A stretch of DNA of 36,132 nt from Candidatus Bathyarchaeota archaeon (GCA_963739305.1 CAVTZU010000006.1:1-36132); one strand, 5' to 3'; shown: positions 1-9,957, counted from the stretch's first letter. The notes: generated by a model not told the origin, from the letters alone. Translations and numbers: made by a program.

Positions 1-492
1 CCAGTTCACGTTTACAGCTTTTGCCAAGCGCTTAAACTCTTCGTCATCCATCCATTCCGTTTTCAAGTATTCACAGATTCTTTTGTCACTCAGTCCGAGA
101 CGCCTTGCTTCCTCAACCGCAGACTTGTAAGCTTCTACCTCAGTTGGTCTTTCAACGTAGGAGAAGTTGTGATCAAAAAGCTCTTTGCCTTCCATAAACT
201 GCTTCACATGAACGAGTTCATGGATAAAGTCAAGATAGATTTCAAGACGGTTGCCCGTCCTGAGGTAATCAGCGCTGATTATCATGTGTCCGTCCACTTC
301 GCTGACGCCCATGTATCCCCTTCGTCCCATGAACTCAACCCTAAGGTTTGAAAGCACTTTTTCAGTGTCATCGCCAAAAATCCGTTTCACAGCCTCAACT
401 TTGTCGAACCCCTTGAAATAATCGATGAAAGGATAAGTTGCGACGGGAACTCTCCGGGTTATAATGACGCTTGGTGGATGCCTTATGATTAT
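1..492 (-). CDS. HEXXH-motif putative zinc metallopeptidase-like protein (3' end runs off the window; start uncertain)
   Basis: Manual minus-strand translation, absent from the ORF track: ...YPFIDYFKGFDKVEAVKRIFG...LEIYLDFIHELVHVKQFMEGKELFDHNFSYVERPTEVEAY... It has HELVH plus a downstream Glu. SD-like AAGGAG at about 498-503 is followed only by ATA/ATC codons. Confidence 0.7.
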   Translation of the reverse strand, partial: MIIRHPPSVIITRRVPVATYPFIDYFKGFDKVEAVKRIFGDDTEKVLSNLRVEFMGRRGYMGVSEVDGHMIISADYLRTGNRLEIYLDFIHELVHVKQFMEGKELFDHNFSYVERPTEVEAYKSAVEEARRLGLSDKRICEYLKTEWMDDEEFKRLAKAVNVNW

Positions 493-573
493 GGACTCTC
501 CTTGTGGTCTGAGGGTATGAAGGAGAAGATTAGTAAAGTTTATCCTTTCGAACAAGTGTTCAGAATCACCGAC

Positions 574-1437
574 TTGCCCAAAAGAAGGTTCACTATCACG
601 CTTCAAGTAAGAAATATGTCGACATCTGACTTCGATTTCGCCGTCCAGATCACAGCCGAAATGGGGTGGGGATTGAGCAGGTCAGATTTCGAATTCATGA
701 TGGAACTTGAACCTGGCGGATGCTTTGTGCTCAATGAAGACTCAGCGAAAATAGGGATTGCCACGACAGTGAGCTTTGGCAAGATCGCCTGGTTTGGAAA
801 CTTGATTGTCAAAGAAAGCGCACGAGGGAAAGGCGGAGGCTCCATGTTGGTCAAACAGGCTTTGGAATACTTGAAAAGCAAGAAGGTTTCGACGGTTGGT
901 CTCTACGCATACATGGAAAGGATACCGTTTTATCAGAGACTAGGGTTCAAGGCTGACTTGGACTTCATCGTCATTAAAGGAAAAGCCTTCGCATCCCCTT
1001 CCCAAAGCAGCGTGAAAAGAGCTGACAAAAAAGACTTTCGCAAGATCATTGAACTTGACAAGTCCTGTTTCGGTGAATCGAGAAACAAAATGCTTGAACC
1101 AATCATCTCAGACCCCGACAACGTTACATACGTGTCCATAGGGAACAAAAGAATCGTCGGCTACTCAGTAGCAAAAGTCTTCCGAGGAATGGCCGAACTG
1201 GGCCCAATCGCTTGCGTTAGAGGAAAAATGAAGACTGCCTTGAGCCTGATCGCAACCACGCTCAATGACCTGCAGGGTCACGAAGCCTCTGTCTTCGTGC
1301 CAGAGAAAGAAGTCGAAATACTTTCGATGCTGACCAAAAATGGGTTCAGCCAAGCCCTCAGGGTGAAAAGAATGTTCAATGGCCCACCCATGGCCAAAGA
1401 CTGCATCCTCACAGCAGAATCTCTTGAAAGAGGTTGA
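574..1437 (+). CDS. Tandem GNAT-family N-acetyltransferase
   Basis: Acetyl-CoA binding motif (V..SARGKGGGS), FYQRLGF, and a second GNAT-like half. Start moved from 478 to TTG 574 (or ATC 595) because 478 overlaps the divergent gene. Confidence 0.8.
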   Translation: MPKRRFTITLQVRNMSTSDFDFAVQITAEMGWGLSRSDFEFMMELEPGGCFVLNEDSAKIGIATTVSFGKIAWFGNLIVKESARGKGGGSMLVKQALEYLKSKKVSTVGLYAYMERIPFYQRLGFKADLDFIVIKGKAFASPSQSSVKRADKKDFRKIIELDKSCFGESRNKMLEPIISDPDNVTYVSIGNKRIVGYSVAKVFRGMAELGPIACVRGKMKTALSLIATTLNDLQGHEASVFVPEKEVEILSMLTKNGFSQALRVKRMFNGPPMAKDCILTAESLERG

Positions 1438-1441
1438 CAAA

Positions 1442-2822
1442 ATGTCTTCGAATCTTTGCGGAATCATACTTGATGATTTCATCAAGACTTCATGGCCTTG
1501 CATTGAAGCTTTGGTTAAGCAACTTGAACTGTTCAAAGGAGAAGAAAAGAAACAAACAGAGTTGTACTGGTTCAAGGAAAGGCAGAGAAATTCTGCCACA
1601 TTTGACGGTTCACACTTCTTCCTGAGATGCTCCGTTGAATACGCTAATCCGCAACTCACCGTTGAGGATGTTCAGGGGATAATTGCGACGCGTCTGCTGG
1701 AGGTCTGCTCAAACTACTTCAAAGAGCGAGGACTGCATCAGCCTACTCCCCAAGAGATGGAAGAAATCTGCGCCATCCTGAGAAAACCTTCGACTGGAAC
1801 AGTTGTTTCCTTTCTTCTCAACACGGACGACATCGAGATAGACAGGTATTCAATGAACCCCCTCAAACAATCAATCGTAGATAGTGGACAGAGCGCCTTC
1901 CCAGCAGCATTCGTGAAAACAGAAAACCTCCGAATCGACGAGAAGTTCGTCCAGAAATATGAAGGCTCGCTCTTTTGTAAAAAAGAGATTGAAACCATAG
2001 AACGTCACCGTCAAGATTGTAACAACAGTTACATTGACATGGTTGATGCTGTCAAGTACGAACACCTAGCAAGGTTGTCGGAAGCATTTGGAATCGACCT
2101 GTCACTATACTCAATGCGACTGCCACTGACAGCGATGCAAAAGGAATCCACAGAAAGCTTACTTCATCACATAATTCGAGAAGCCCATAAGGACTACCGA
2201 TCATTTGAAAACATATACAAGTGCATGGGCAGGAGCATGAAGAATCTAAGCACGTTGTTGACAATTCCTCATTCTGCAAAAGGCTATGGATCGAAAAGAG
2301 CAGCGAGAGGAAGAATCTATTTCGACGGAGACAAGCTTAAGAACGTAAAAGTGGACTATCGAACGACGCTTCTTTATCCAAATGCAATTGACCCTGCAGA
2401 TGTCAGCGTTGTACAGGCAGATGATAGCTTCATGGTGGAAGGTGACAAACTTGGGAATTATAACTTCAAGGAGACGCCTTCTTCACCCCAGTTCTTCCTT
2501 TACTCTCTAGCATCACCTGAGAACGCCGTTGTCTGGCATGGCATAGGAGCTTTTGGAGCTTCGGAGTTGCTGAAAAGCTACACAACCACTCGAGTAGCGG
2601 TGGTCCTCGGGGCAAGTGATACCGGACCTATACGAAAAATACGGCGTAACCGGCAGAGTGCCGTTGCAGTTCAACCTCGTGCCCAAGTACATGTGGTTTC
2701 ATCCTGTTCACCGCAACATAGACGCAAGCATAGGATGTGTCCAGAACCTGAAGGATCTAGCGGACTTGGGCATGCGGATGGAGCATCTGCCTGAGGAGCA
2801 GTATATTAGAAAAACAGAGTGA
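1442..2822 (+). CDS. Hypothetical protein (~460 aa) with an apparent +1 frameshift at ~2600
   Basis: ATG 1442 follows GAGGT. Removing one G from GCGG (2597-2600) joins ...TTTRVA to WSSGQVIPDLYEKYG..., which ends at 2822 just before the next gene. Confidence 0.7.
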
Positions 2823-2840
2823 AAAATGGTGACGAACTGA

Positions 2841-3452
2841 ATGTTCTTCAAACAGATCAAACAATATGGTGACAACTTTTCCTACGTGTTAGCCGACGAA
2901 AAAACCGGTGAAGCCGCCGTCATAGACCCGAGCTTCAATGCTGCTGCAATAACAAAGCTGCTCAAGGATCACAGGCTGAAAGCTAAGTACGTCATAGACA
3001 CGCATGGCCACAGTGACCATACCGCTGGTAATGATGAAATAAAGAGGACGTTTGGTGCAAAGATCGTTGCACATGAACTTTCGAAGACAAAGAAAGATGT
3101 TTCCGTGGTTGATCAGGACACGGTAAACGTCGGCGACGTCTCAATCAGGGTGATCTACACTCCTGGCCACACCGTTGATGGCATATGCCTCTTGGTTGAC
3201 GACAAATTGTTGACCGGGGACACGCTGTTCGTTGGAGAATGTGGAAGAACTGATTTGCCTGGAAGCAGCCCTGAAGACATGTATCATAGTCTCTTTGACA
3301 AGCTGATGAAACTCGATGACAAGGTTGAAGTCTACCCTGGTCATGACTACGGGCCGAAACCTTCCTCAACGATTGGAGAAGAGAAGAGAACTAACTACGT
3401 TCTTGAAAAGCGCACTTTGAAGGAATTTATCGATTTCATGTCCCAACCTTAA
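2841..3452 (+). CDS. MBL-fold metallo-hydrolase (glyoxalase II / persulfide-dioxygenase-like family)
   Basis: THGHSDH, TPGHT, TGDTLF, CGRTDL and YPGHDY motifs. Confidence 0.9.
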   Translation: MFFKQIKQYGDNFSYVLADEKTGEAAVIDPSFNAAAITKLLKDHRLKAKYVIDTHGHSDHTAGNDEIKRTFGAKIVAHELSKTKKDVSVVDQDTVNVGDVSIRVIYTPGHTVDGICLLVDDKLLTGDTLFVGECGRTDLPGSSPEDMYHSLFDKLMKLDDKVEVYPGHDYGPKPSSTIGEEKRTNYVLEKRTLKEFIDFMSQP

Positions 3453-3543
3453 CGCAGCAAGACTTAAATCAATCTAAGAGCTGGAGAAGGTTTTTCTACG
3501 CGAGTTCCAGAACCTATTGCTAGTCAGTTTGGAGAGTTGGAAA

Positions 3544-4353
3544 ATGCTCAGAGAAGAGAAGAATTTGAAACGCTTATCGGAGCTTGTTTCTCTGGAAGGG
3601 AAAACTGTTTTGATCAGTGGCTCTGCTTCAGGCATAGGAAAAGCGATGGCATACAGGTTTGCGGAGTCTGGTGCCAATCTTCAATTAGTGGACATAGATG
3701 AGGAGAAATTGGAAGCTGCATGTCGTAGAATGCGTGAATTTGGCAAAAAAGTATCGGCGCACAAGGTCAATCTGGGCAAGAAACAGGAGATAGACGATTT
3801 ATGGAAGAAACTTGAGGGAATTGAGCCAGACATTCTCGTCAACAACGCAGGTATCTATCCGCTCAAGGAGTTCCTTAAACTCGATCCGACTTTCTTGGCC
3901 AAGGTCATGGACATAAACCTGAACTCGACTCTCTGGATGTGCCAGCACATGATAAGGAGCAGGGGAAAGCGTGGAGGAGTCATTATAAACGTAGGGTCAG
4001 TCGAAGCCGTGATGCCTTTCAAGGAAGATCTAGTGCATTATGATATTAGCAAAGCAGGCGTCATTGTGCTGACAAGGGCATTGGCCGCGGAATATGGTCG
4101 GAGAGGGTTCAGAATCAATGCATTGGTGCCTGGAGGTGTGATGACTCCTGGAACGAGAAGCGTTGCAAAGGAGGCTCTCAAACTTAATCTTGGCGTCATA
4201 TCATCGGGCATAGAATATCGCCAAAGGTTGCCCTTGGGTAGACTTGGTCAACCGGACGAAATTGCGCGCATGGCTTTGGTGCTTGCGTGTGATCTCTCGA
4301 GTTACGTGCATGGTGCGTTGATTGCAGTTGACGGAGGATTTTTATCAGCCTAA
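3544..4353 (+). CDS. Short-chain dehydrogenase/reductase (SDR)
   Basis: SGSASGIG, NNAG, YDISK catalytic motif and VDGG C-terminus. ATG 3544 follows GGAGAG. Confidence 0.9.
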   Translation: MLREEKNLKRLSELVSLEGKTVLISGSASGIGKAMAYRFAESGANLQLVDIDEEKLEAACRRMREFGKKVSAHKVNLGKKQEIDDLWKKLEGIEPDILVNNAGIYPLKEFLKLDPTFLAKVMDINLNSTLWMCQHMIRSRGKRGGVIINVGSVEAVMPFKEDLVHYDISKAGVIVLTRALAAEYGRRGFRINALVPGGVMTPGTRSVAKEALKLNLGVISSGIEYRQRLPLGRLGQPDEIARMALVLACDLSSYVHGALIAVDGGFLSA

Positions 4354-4463
4354 CAGGGGCACTTGGAGTGGAGAGATGTGCAAAAGCAGCATCAGATAAT
4401 TATGTTTATTACGCCGATGTGGACTAAAAGCTGAATAACAGCAAAGGTTCTGGAGGATCCAAG

Positions 4464-5915
4464 ATTTCAGTCAAGACTGGCTCTTACCTCGTCGAGGTCG
4501 AGATTCCTGAGAGTTACATGGGTAACTTGCTTGACTTTGTTTATCAGAAGTACCTGCTTCCCCAGAAAGCTAAGTTTGTGGATATATCAAGGAAGGATAA
4601 GTCTGGCTATTCTTCTCTTGCCTTCGTGGTTCTAGACAAGGCGGGTCACCGGACACTTAGAGCGGAGGTCATCGGGGGAAAGCCGATCAAGGTGAACATT
4701 GAACCGATCTCCGAAGCTGTGACGGAGGACGAGATGAACCAGGTGAGACAGGATGTAGTAATCGCGGTTGAGCTTTTTGAGGAGAAGGTCAGAGAGAGCA
4801 CGTTGTTTTTCGCTTGGCGGGAGGGCGAAGAAATAGTCCCTGAACAGGTTTCGGGCAAAGAGAAGAAGTCTTTGAACCGGTTGTTTCTTGAGACCCAAAT
4901 ATTGTTGTTCGTGCTGTTTATTGGTCTGGGCTTGGTCTTGTTTCTGTTCCTTCCGCCTTCAATGATTTGGTATGCACCGATTATTCTAATGGCCATTCAG
5001 TTTGTCTTTGTCTTTTATTCGCCCAAGTTAATTGAAAGAACTGCGGATTGGCGCGTTACTGAGGACAACCCGACTATCCACTTGCTCGAGTACGGTCTGC
5101 CTTTTGAGGAGCACGATAATTTTAGAGAGAAGTATCCGCCTAACAAAATCCTGGAGATCAAGAAGGAAGTATATGAGGCGACCATTGCAAAGAATGGCGA
5201 GATCGACTGCGCGACCACCGGTGAGATATTCCAGAGGCATGGACTGGAGTGCAGCCCTGATCGTTTGTCCGCTCGGAAAGTCAATGTTTACGAGCTGGTT
5301 AAGAAAGTAGCCGACAAATTCCGTTTTCCGATGCCCAAGATCGTCGTTGCCAACACCCTTGTTCCAAACGCGGCGGCTTCTGGGCCTAGCCCGAGCCGAG
5401 GCGTGGTTCTCATTACCACCGGGCTTCTGGCACAGTTGGAGGAGGATGAGATTCACACTGTTTTAGGCCATGAGTTCGGACACTTAAAAGGGCGTGATCC
5501 GATTCTTCTTTACGGGTTGATGGGCTCCGAGTTTCTGTTCCGATTCTACGTGATCTTGGCATTCTTCCCGATCATCTTTTCGTCGATTCTTCTTTTCTTC
5601 CTCTACTTCTGGGCCGTCATGACTTTATTGTTCTTCATTGCGAAGTTCTTTGAAGCCAGGGCTGACTTGACATCGGCCATGGTTGTTGGGCAGCCGCAGG
5701 TCTTGGCGGGAGCCCTGGAGGAGATAGGTTTCAAGAGACTGCTGTTTGAGCGCGTGCCATCTTATCGCGTACAAGAATGGGTAAGCCTGGACCCGCATCC
5801 TCCGATCTATTTCAGAGTTGATAGGTTGAGGAAACTTGAAGCTGACGTTAAGGTCAAGCATCCGCTATGGCAGTCAGCAAAAGACGTTACGAGAGGCTTC
5901 TTAAACAGCCTTTAA
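4464..5915 (+). CDS. M48 (HtpX-like) membrane zinc metalloprotease with long N-terminal extension
   Basis: PNAAASG, HEFGH, EARAD and HPP motifs with hydrophobic segments. First ATG is 4518; an in-frame ATT at 4464 lies 7 nt after GGAGG. Confidence 0.85.
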   Translation: MSVKTGSYLVEVEIPESYMGNLLDFVYQKYLLPQKAKFVDISRKDKSGYSSLAFVVLDKAGHRTLRAEVIGGKPIKVNIEPISEAVTEDEMNQVRQDVVIAVELFEEKVRESTLFFAWREGEEIVPEQVSGKEKKSLNRLFLETQILLFVLFIGLGLVLFLFLPPSMIWYAPIILMAIQFVFVFYSPKLIERTADWRVTEDNPTIHLLEYGLPFEEHDNFREKYPPNKILEIKKEVYEATIAKNGEIDCATTGEIFQRHGLECSPDRLSARKVNVYELVKKVADKFRFPMPKIVVANTLVPNAAASGPSPSRGVVLITTGLLAQLEEDEIHTVLGHEFGHLKGRDPILLYGLMGSEFLFRFYVILAFFPIIFSSILLFFLYFWAVMTLLFFIAKFFEARADLTSAMVVGQPQVLAGALEEIGFKRLLFERVPSYRVQEWVSLDPHPPIYFRVDRLRKLEADVKVKHPLWQSAKDVTRGFLNSL

Positions 5916-5917
5916 GG

Positions 5918-6223
5918 TTACACGTTGATTAGAATTTGGTCGTTTTCCACCTTGACTTGATACGAGGGTTCCGGTCTCACTGCTGGTCCATTGATTACGT
6001 TGCCTGTTTGGACGTTGAAGGTTGAACCGTGACAGGGGCAAGTGACGTTTGACCCGTTCAGCGTTCCGTCAGAAAGTAGGCAGTTCATGTGGGTGCACCG
6101 GTTTCCGATCGCGAAGAATTGGCCTGCCACGTTGGCGATGCAGATTTCTTTCTGTTCTATCTTCATCTCTTTCATTTGGCTTGGTTTGATGCCTTTTGTT
6201 GAAGCAGCTTTCACGAACGGCAT
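5918..6223 (-). CDS. Rieske [2Fe-2S] ferredoxin
   Basis: CTH...CPCHGSTF Rieske ligands. ATG 6223 follows AGGAG. Confidence 0.9.
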   Translation of the reverse strand: MPFVKAASTKGIKPSQMKEMKIEQKEICIANVAGQFFAIGNRCTHMNCLLSDGTLNGSNVTCPCHGSTFNVQTGNVINGPAVRPEPSYQVKVENDQILINV

Positions 6224-6437
6224 GGATAAACTTGCTCCTAAATGTGTGTTTGCTTTCTTTGAGATATGAGATTTTCTGTTCTTCGAAACGAGCTTGCGTG
6301 GAACAGTGTGTAGATGAAGGTTCTCATGTGCGTTTATTAAGGAGAGTTTGCCTCTATACTGCCGCGGTAGCGTTCTGTTCAAAACACAGAGACACAACGC
6401 TACACACAAAAAAACAAAAAACGAAAGGAGGATAAAA

Positions 6438-6722
6438 ATGTCAGAGAATAAAATCGTTTTCATTGGACGGAAACCAGCAATGAGCTACGTTCTGGCGATC
6501 ATTACCAGTCTGTCAGCAGGCAATAGCAAAGAGATAACCTTGAAGGCTCGCGGCCAAGCTATCACGACAGCGGTTGACGTTGCCGAGATAACAAGAAGCC
6601 GTTTTCTGAAGGACCTTAAGGTTTCGAAGATTGCCATAGGCACAGAGTCGATGCCCGCCAGAGAAGGCGAAAGCGGCGCAAGAATGGTTTCTACAATGGA
6701 AATAACCCTAGCAAAAGACTAG
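6438..6722 (+). CDS. alba: DNA/RNA-binding protein Alba
   Basis: IGRKPAMSYV, LKARGQAITTAVDVAE and VSTMEI. GGAGG precedes ATG 6438. Confidence 0.95.
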   Translation: MSENKIVFIGRKPAMSYVLAIITSLSAGNSKEITLKARGQAITTAVDVAEITRSRFLKDLKVSKIAIGTESMPAREGESGARMVSTMEITLAKD

Positions 6723-6775
6723 ACAACAAAAGAAAAGAAACTGCTAGTACAAGTACCCACCGGCGACAACCTCGC

Positions 6776-6790
6776 CTTTTCTTTCTTTAT
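6776..6790 (+). terminator. Oligo-T/pyrimidine tract, putative archaeal terminator of alba
   Basis: CTTTTCTTTCTTTAT about 55 nt after the alba stop. Confidence 0.45.
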
Positions 6791-6941
6791 TAAACCAAAT
6801 TGATTTATGCGTAGACGCCTACTCAGACGAGGATCCGATTTCCGCAAACGTTTCCTACAATATCAGACAACACGGTTTGACTTCACGCTTCTGGAGCAAT
6901 TCGAGCGCCTTTATCTAATAATTCACGTTGGAGCAATGGTT

Positions 6942-7688
6942 CTATTCTGCATCCAGTTGGGCCACAGAGTCGATGATAATGTTCGCATACTCCTCAAGGT
7001 CCACCCGCTGACTTATTCCTGTCAGTACACCGATGCAAGATTTGACTTTTGCGTTCTTGCCCATTTTCATATCTGACACCGAATCTCCGACCATTACCGA
7101 TTCATGTGCATTGCATCCTGTTATTCTGAGAAGTTCAAGAATCATGTCAGGTGAGGGTTTGCCGCTAGCAACGTCTTCAGGTCCAACGATAGCATCAAAC
7201 AGCGACGCGATTCTCAATGTTTTCAACGACTCAACGGTTCTCTTGTGCGCATAAGTCGAGGCGATTGCAAGCTTAAGTCCATGACGCTTCAGCTTCCGCA
7301 AGGCTGCAGTGACCCCGTCTAACATGATGGAGCCATAGGGAGATTTCATCAATTCATCCGCTGTATCGTACGCTTTCTGTGCAAGTTCTTTTGCCTCATC
7401 CCAAGGACACCCTTTCAAGTAGAACGCCGTTGCCGCAACCAGCAGCTCCTCACGCGCCGGCGCAGTTCCTAATGGTCCACAATAATCTAATTTGTTTCGT
7501 TTCAAATCAACGCCCACAGCGCGTTCCCAGAAGTCAGCAATCTCCTTTCCTACAATTCTCTCGATACTCTTCCTCCGAGCCCTAGCTAACTCAAGATCTA
7601 CCTGACGGTAGTCGACTAGTGTGCCGTCTTTGTCGAAAATGACTAGTTTGCACTTGACAGCTTTGTTTCCTGCTATCAGCCTGACCAC
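6942..7688 (-). CDS. HAD-superfamily hydrolase (phosphoglycolate-phosphatase-like)
   Basis: FDKDGTL motif I, KPSP and VGDSVSD motif IV. Start moved to GTG 7688. Confidence 0.88.
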   Translation of the reverse strand: MVRLIAGNKAVKCKLVIFDKDGTLVDYRQVDLELARARRKSIERIVGKEIADFWERAVGVDLKRNKLDYCGPLGTAPAREELLVAATAFYLKGCPWDEAKELAQKAYDTADELMKSPYGSIMLDGVTAALRKLKRHGLKLAIASTYAHKRTVESLKTLRIASLFDAIVGPEDVASGKPSPDMILELLRITGCNAHESVMVGDSVSDMKMGKNAKVKSCIGVLTGISQRVDLEEYANIIIDSVAQLDAE

Positions 7689-7735
7689 GAGGGTACGCCA
7701 CTTGAAATTGGCTGAAAGTCCACCATGACAGCTTT

Positions 7736-8408
7736 CTACTGCTCTCTGCTCGAAAGAATGACGATGTAGTCCGCGGTATCTGCACACATATCGGCGGCTT
7801 GCTCGATGAACTCGATCAGGTCATCGTATATCACCAAAGCACCTGGGTTCATCTGCATGCCGTATTTCACGAAAAGCTTCTTCGTCTTAAGATAGTCCTC
7901 GTCGATTCCATGCTCGATCTCTTCAACCTTATTCGAGCCCTCAATAGCTTCTGCCGGCGCAACAGTGATTTTTTCGATGCTGTTCTTTCAAGGCACGTGA
8001 ACAGTCCACCAAGGCTGACGTCATTTGCAACGTGTTCTTGCATAGTTCCTGTGGAAGTTCAGTTTCTCCAAGCATCTCCATACATCTCGCTGCATCCTTG
8101 ACGTGGTCTGCCAGTGTATCAAGCCTCTTCACAAGATGAAGCAAATCCTCACGGTAATCGGCAAACAAGGCTGCACCCTTAGAGAGTTCTTTGAAAACTT
8201 CGCTTCGAAGAGTGTCCACTTCTTCTTCAGTCTTGAACAGGTTCTGGATGTGCTGCATCGCTTCCTTCGCGTTTCCTTCCGTGATACTCTTCATCGCCTG
8301 ATTAAGCAGGGTCACTGTGTCGATGGCTTTCGTTATCGTATCCTGAGCCAGGTCCAGCGCCTTCGTTCTCCGACGTTTTTCAAACCATGCATAACTTCTT
8401 TTTTCCAA
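7736..8408 (-). CDS. DUF47 / PhoU-like phosphate transport regulator with an apparent +1 frameshift at ~7987
   Basis: EEEVD and DTLADHVKDAA in the first half. Removing one A from TTGAAAGAAC restores NSIEKIT...EEIEHGID...EQAADMCADTAD...SREQ* (stop 7736-7738). Confidence 0.8.
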
Positions 8409-8483
8409 ACACTACATCTCCATTAACACTAAATTTCTGAATACATATAACTTTTCTCAAAGCCGGAAACCACATGACAGGTT

Positions 8484-9122
8484 TCACCTGAGGATTATTT
8501 TCTTTCCAGTCGCAACATAGTAGATACCCTCTCCGACGTAGGTAGCGTGATCTGCTATTCGCTCCAAATATCTAACGACTAGAAGATTGGAGACTAAACA
8601 CTTTGTTGAAGGAGGAGCCTTGGATAAGGTATCAAGATAAGCATAATACAGTTCGTCAACTTGCTTTTCTAATTCAGCAAGCGATTTTGCTTTTTCGCCA
8701 TCATTGTCTCTGAGAGCCTGGATGCTCGTGTGAACCATCTGCAAAGACTTGTCAACCATCTTTTCCATCAGATCCTCAGAATACACACATTGCTCGCGCG
8801 CAGAAAACTTTCGCTGAGTCGAAGAAATGTCCCATGCATACCGACCATATCTTTCAAAGTCGTAAGCGATTTTCATGTACGAATTTATGATGCGAAGATC
8901 AGACGCAACCGGTTGATACTTGACTATTAGCTCGAACGCTTTATCTTCAACGCTCACCGTCATTGTGACCAGCATCTCTGAAAGTTCATGAACATCCTCG
9001 CTGACAGCTTTGCCATTCATGAAACCATTGATCGACGTTCTCACCGCTTGTTCCGCCACTTCTCCCATCCTCAGCAGAATTGTCGTCAATTGCTCTAACC
9101 CTGTATCCAACAGTCTAACCAT
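8484..9122 (-). CDS. phoU: Phosphate uptake regulator PhoU
   Basis: QPVASDLR, DFERYG and LERIADH motifs; directly after pstB. Confidence 0.92.
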   Translation of the reverse strand: MVRLLDTGLEQLTTILLRMGEVAEQAVRTSINGFMNGKAVSEDVHELSEMLVTMTVSVEDKAFELIVKYQPVASDLRIINSYMKIAYDFERYGRYAWDISSTQRKFSAREQCVYSEDLMEKMVDKSLQMVHTSIQALRDNDGEKAKSLAELEKQVDELYYAYLDTLSKAPPSTKCLVSNLLVVRYLERIADHATYVGEGIYYVATGKKIILR

Positions 9123-9132
9123 GTTTCTTCAC

Positions 9133-9957
9133 CTAACCAAACTTGCCCGTTATATATTTCTCCGTGATTTCACTCCTTGGACTCTCAAATATGTCTCTGG
9201 TAGGCCCAAATTCTATGAGCTCTCCAATATAAAGAAAAGCGGTAAAGTCTGAAACTCTCGCAGCCTGTTGCATATTATGCGTAACGACCACCACTGTGTA
9301 ATCGCGTTTAAGTGACACTATCAATTCCTCGATTTTTGCGGTTGCAACAGGATCAAGGGCGGAACACGGCTCATCCATCAATATCACTTCAGGCTGCAGC
9401 GCAATTGCCCTTGCGATACAGAGCCGTTGTTGCTGTCCTCCTGAGATGCTTGTCCCAGGCTTATTCAATTCATCTTTCACCTCATCCCACAAGGTCGCTT
9501 TTTCAAGGCTTTGCCTCACAACCTCGTCGAGGCTTTTCCCTTTCTTCAATCCTGTTAACCTCAATCCAGCTGCCACGTTATCAAATATGGACATAGTGGG
9601 AAACGGGTTTGGCTTCTGGAAAACCATTCCGACCCTCCTGCGGATCAGCACAGGATCGACTTCTTTCATGTAGATGTCTCTTCCGTCTAGAAGCACCTGC
9701 CCAGAGACTCGGGAGTTGGGAACTAACTCATGCATTCTGTTGAGACATCGGACGAATGTTGATTTCCCGCATCCGGAGGGACCGATTATGGCAGTAACAG
9801 AGTTGGCCCGTACGGACAGATTTATGTCCTTCAAAGCTTGTTTCGTGCCAAACCACGCGTTCAGCCCGATGCTTTTCATCTTCTCGAACGTTGACACTGA
9901 GATTTGTTCATAAGTCTCTTCAGATTCCTCGGTGCCGTCTATTTCTCCTGTTCTCAC
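9133..9957 (-). CDS. pstB: Phosphate ABC transporter ATPase
   Basis: [37 protein letters not shown] and YITGKFG. Confidence 0.97.
   Translation of the reverse strand: MRTGEIDGTEESEETYEQISVSTFEKMKSIGLNAWFGTKQALKDINLSVRANSVTAIIGPSGCGKSTFVRCLNRMHELVPNSRVSGQVLLDGRDIYMKEVDPVLIRRRVGMVFQKPNPFPTMSIFDNVAAGLRLTGLKKGKSLDEVVRQSLEKATLWDEVKDELNKPGTSISGGQQQRLCIARAIALQPEVILMDEPCSALDPVATAKIEELIVSLKRDYTVVVVTHNMQQAARVSDFTAFLYIGELIEFGPTRDIFESPRSEITEKYITGKFG

Noticed and set aside
169-351. 60-aa plus-strand ORF
   Set aside because: It is antisense to the HEXXH gene, which is far more protein-like.
2616-2822. Separate 68-aa gene
   Set aside because: Better explained as the frameshifted C-terminus of the gene starting at 1442.
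6790-6941. Small ORF or ncRNA between alba and the HAD gene
   Set aside because: Only short frames without an RBS, and no convincing structure. The 6807-7076 ORF overlaps the HAD gene antisense.
7980-7995. Programmed ribosomal frameshift in the DUF47 gene
   Set aside because: It requires a +1 shift with no recognisable stimulatory signal, and the same error pattern occurs in two unrelated genes.
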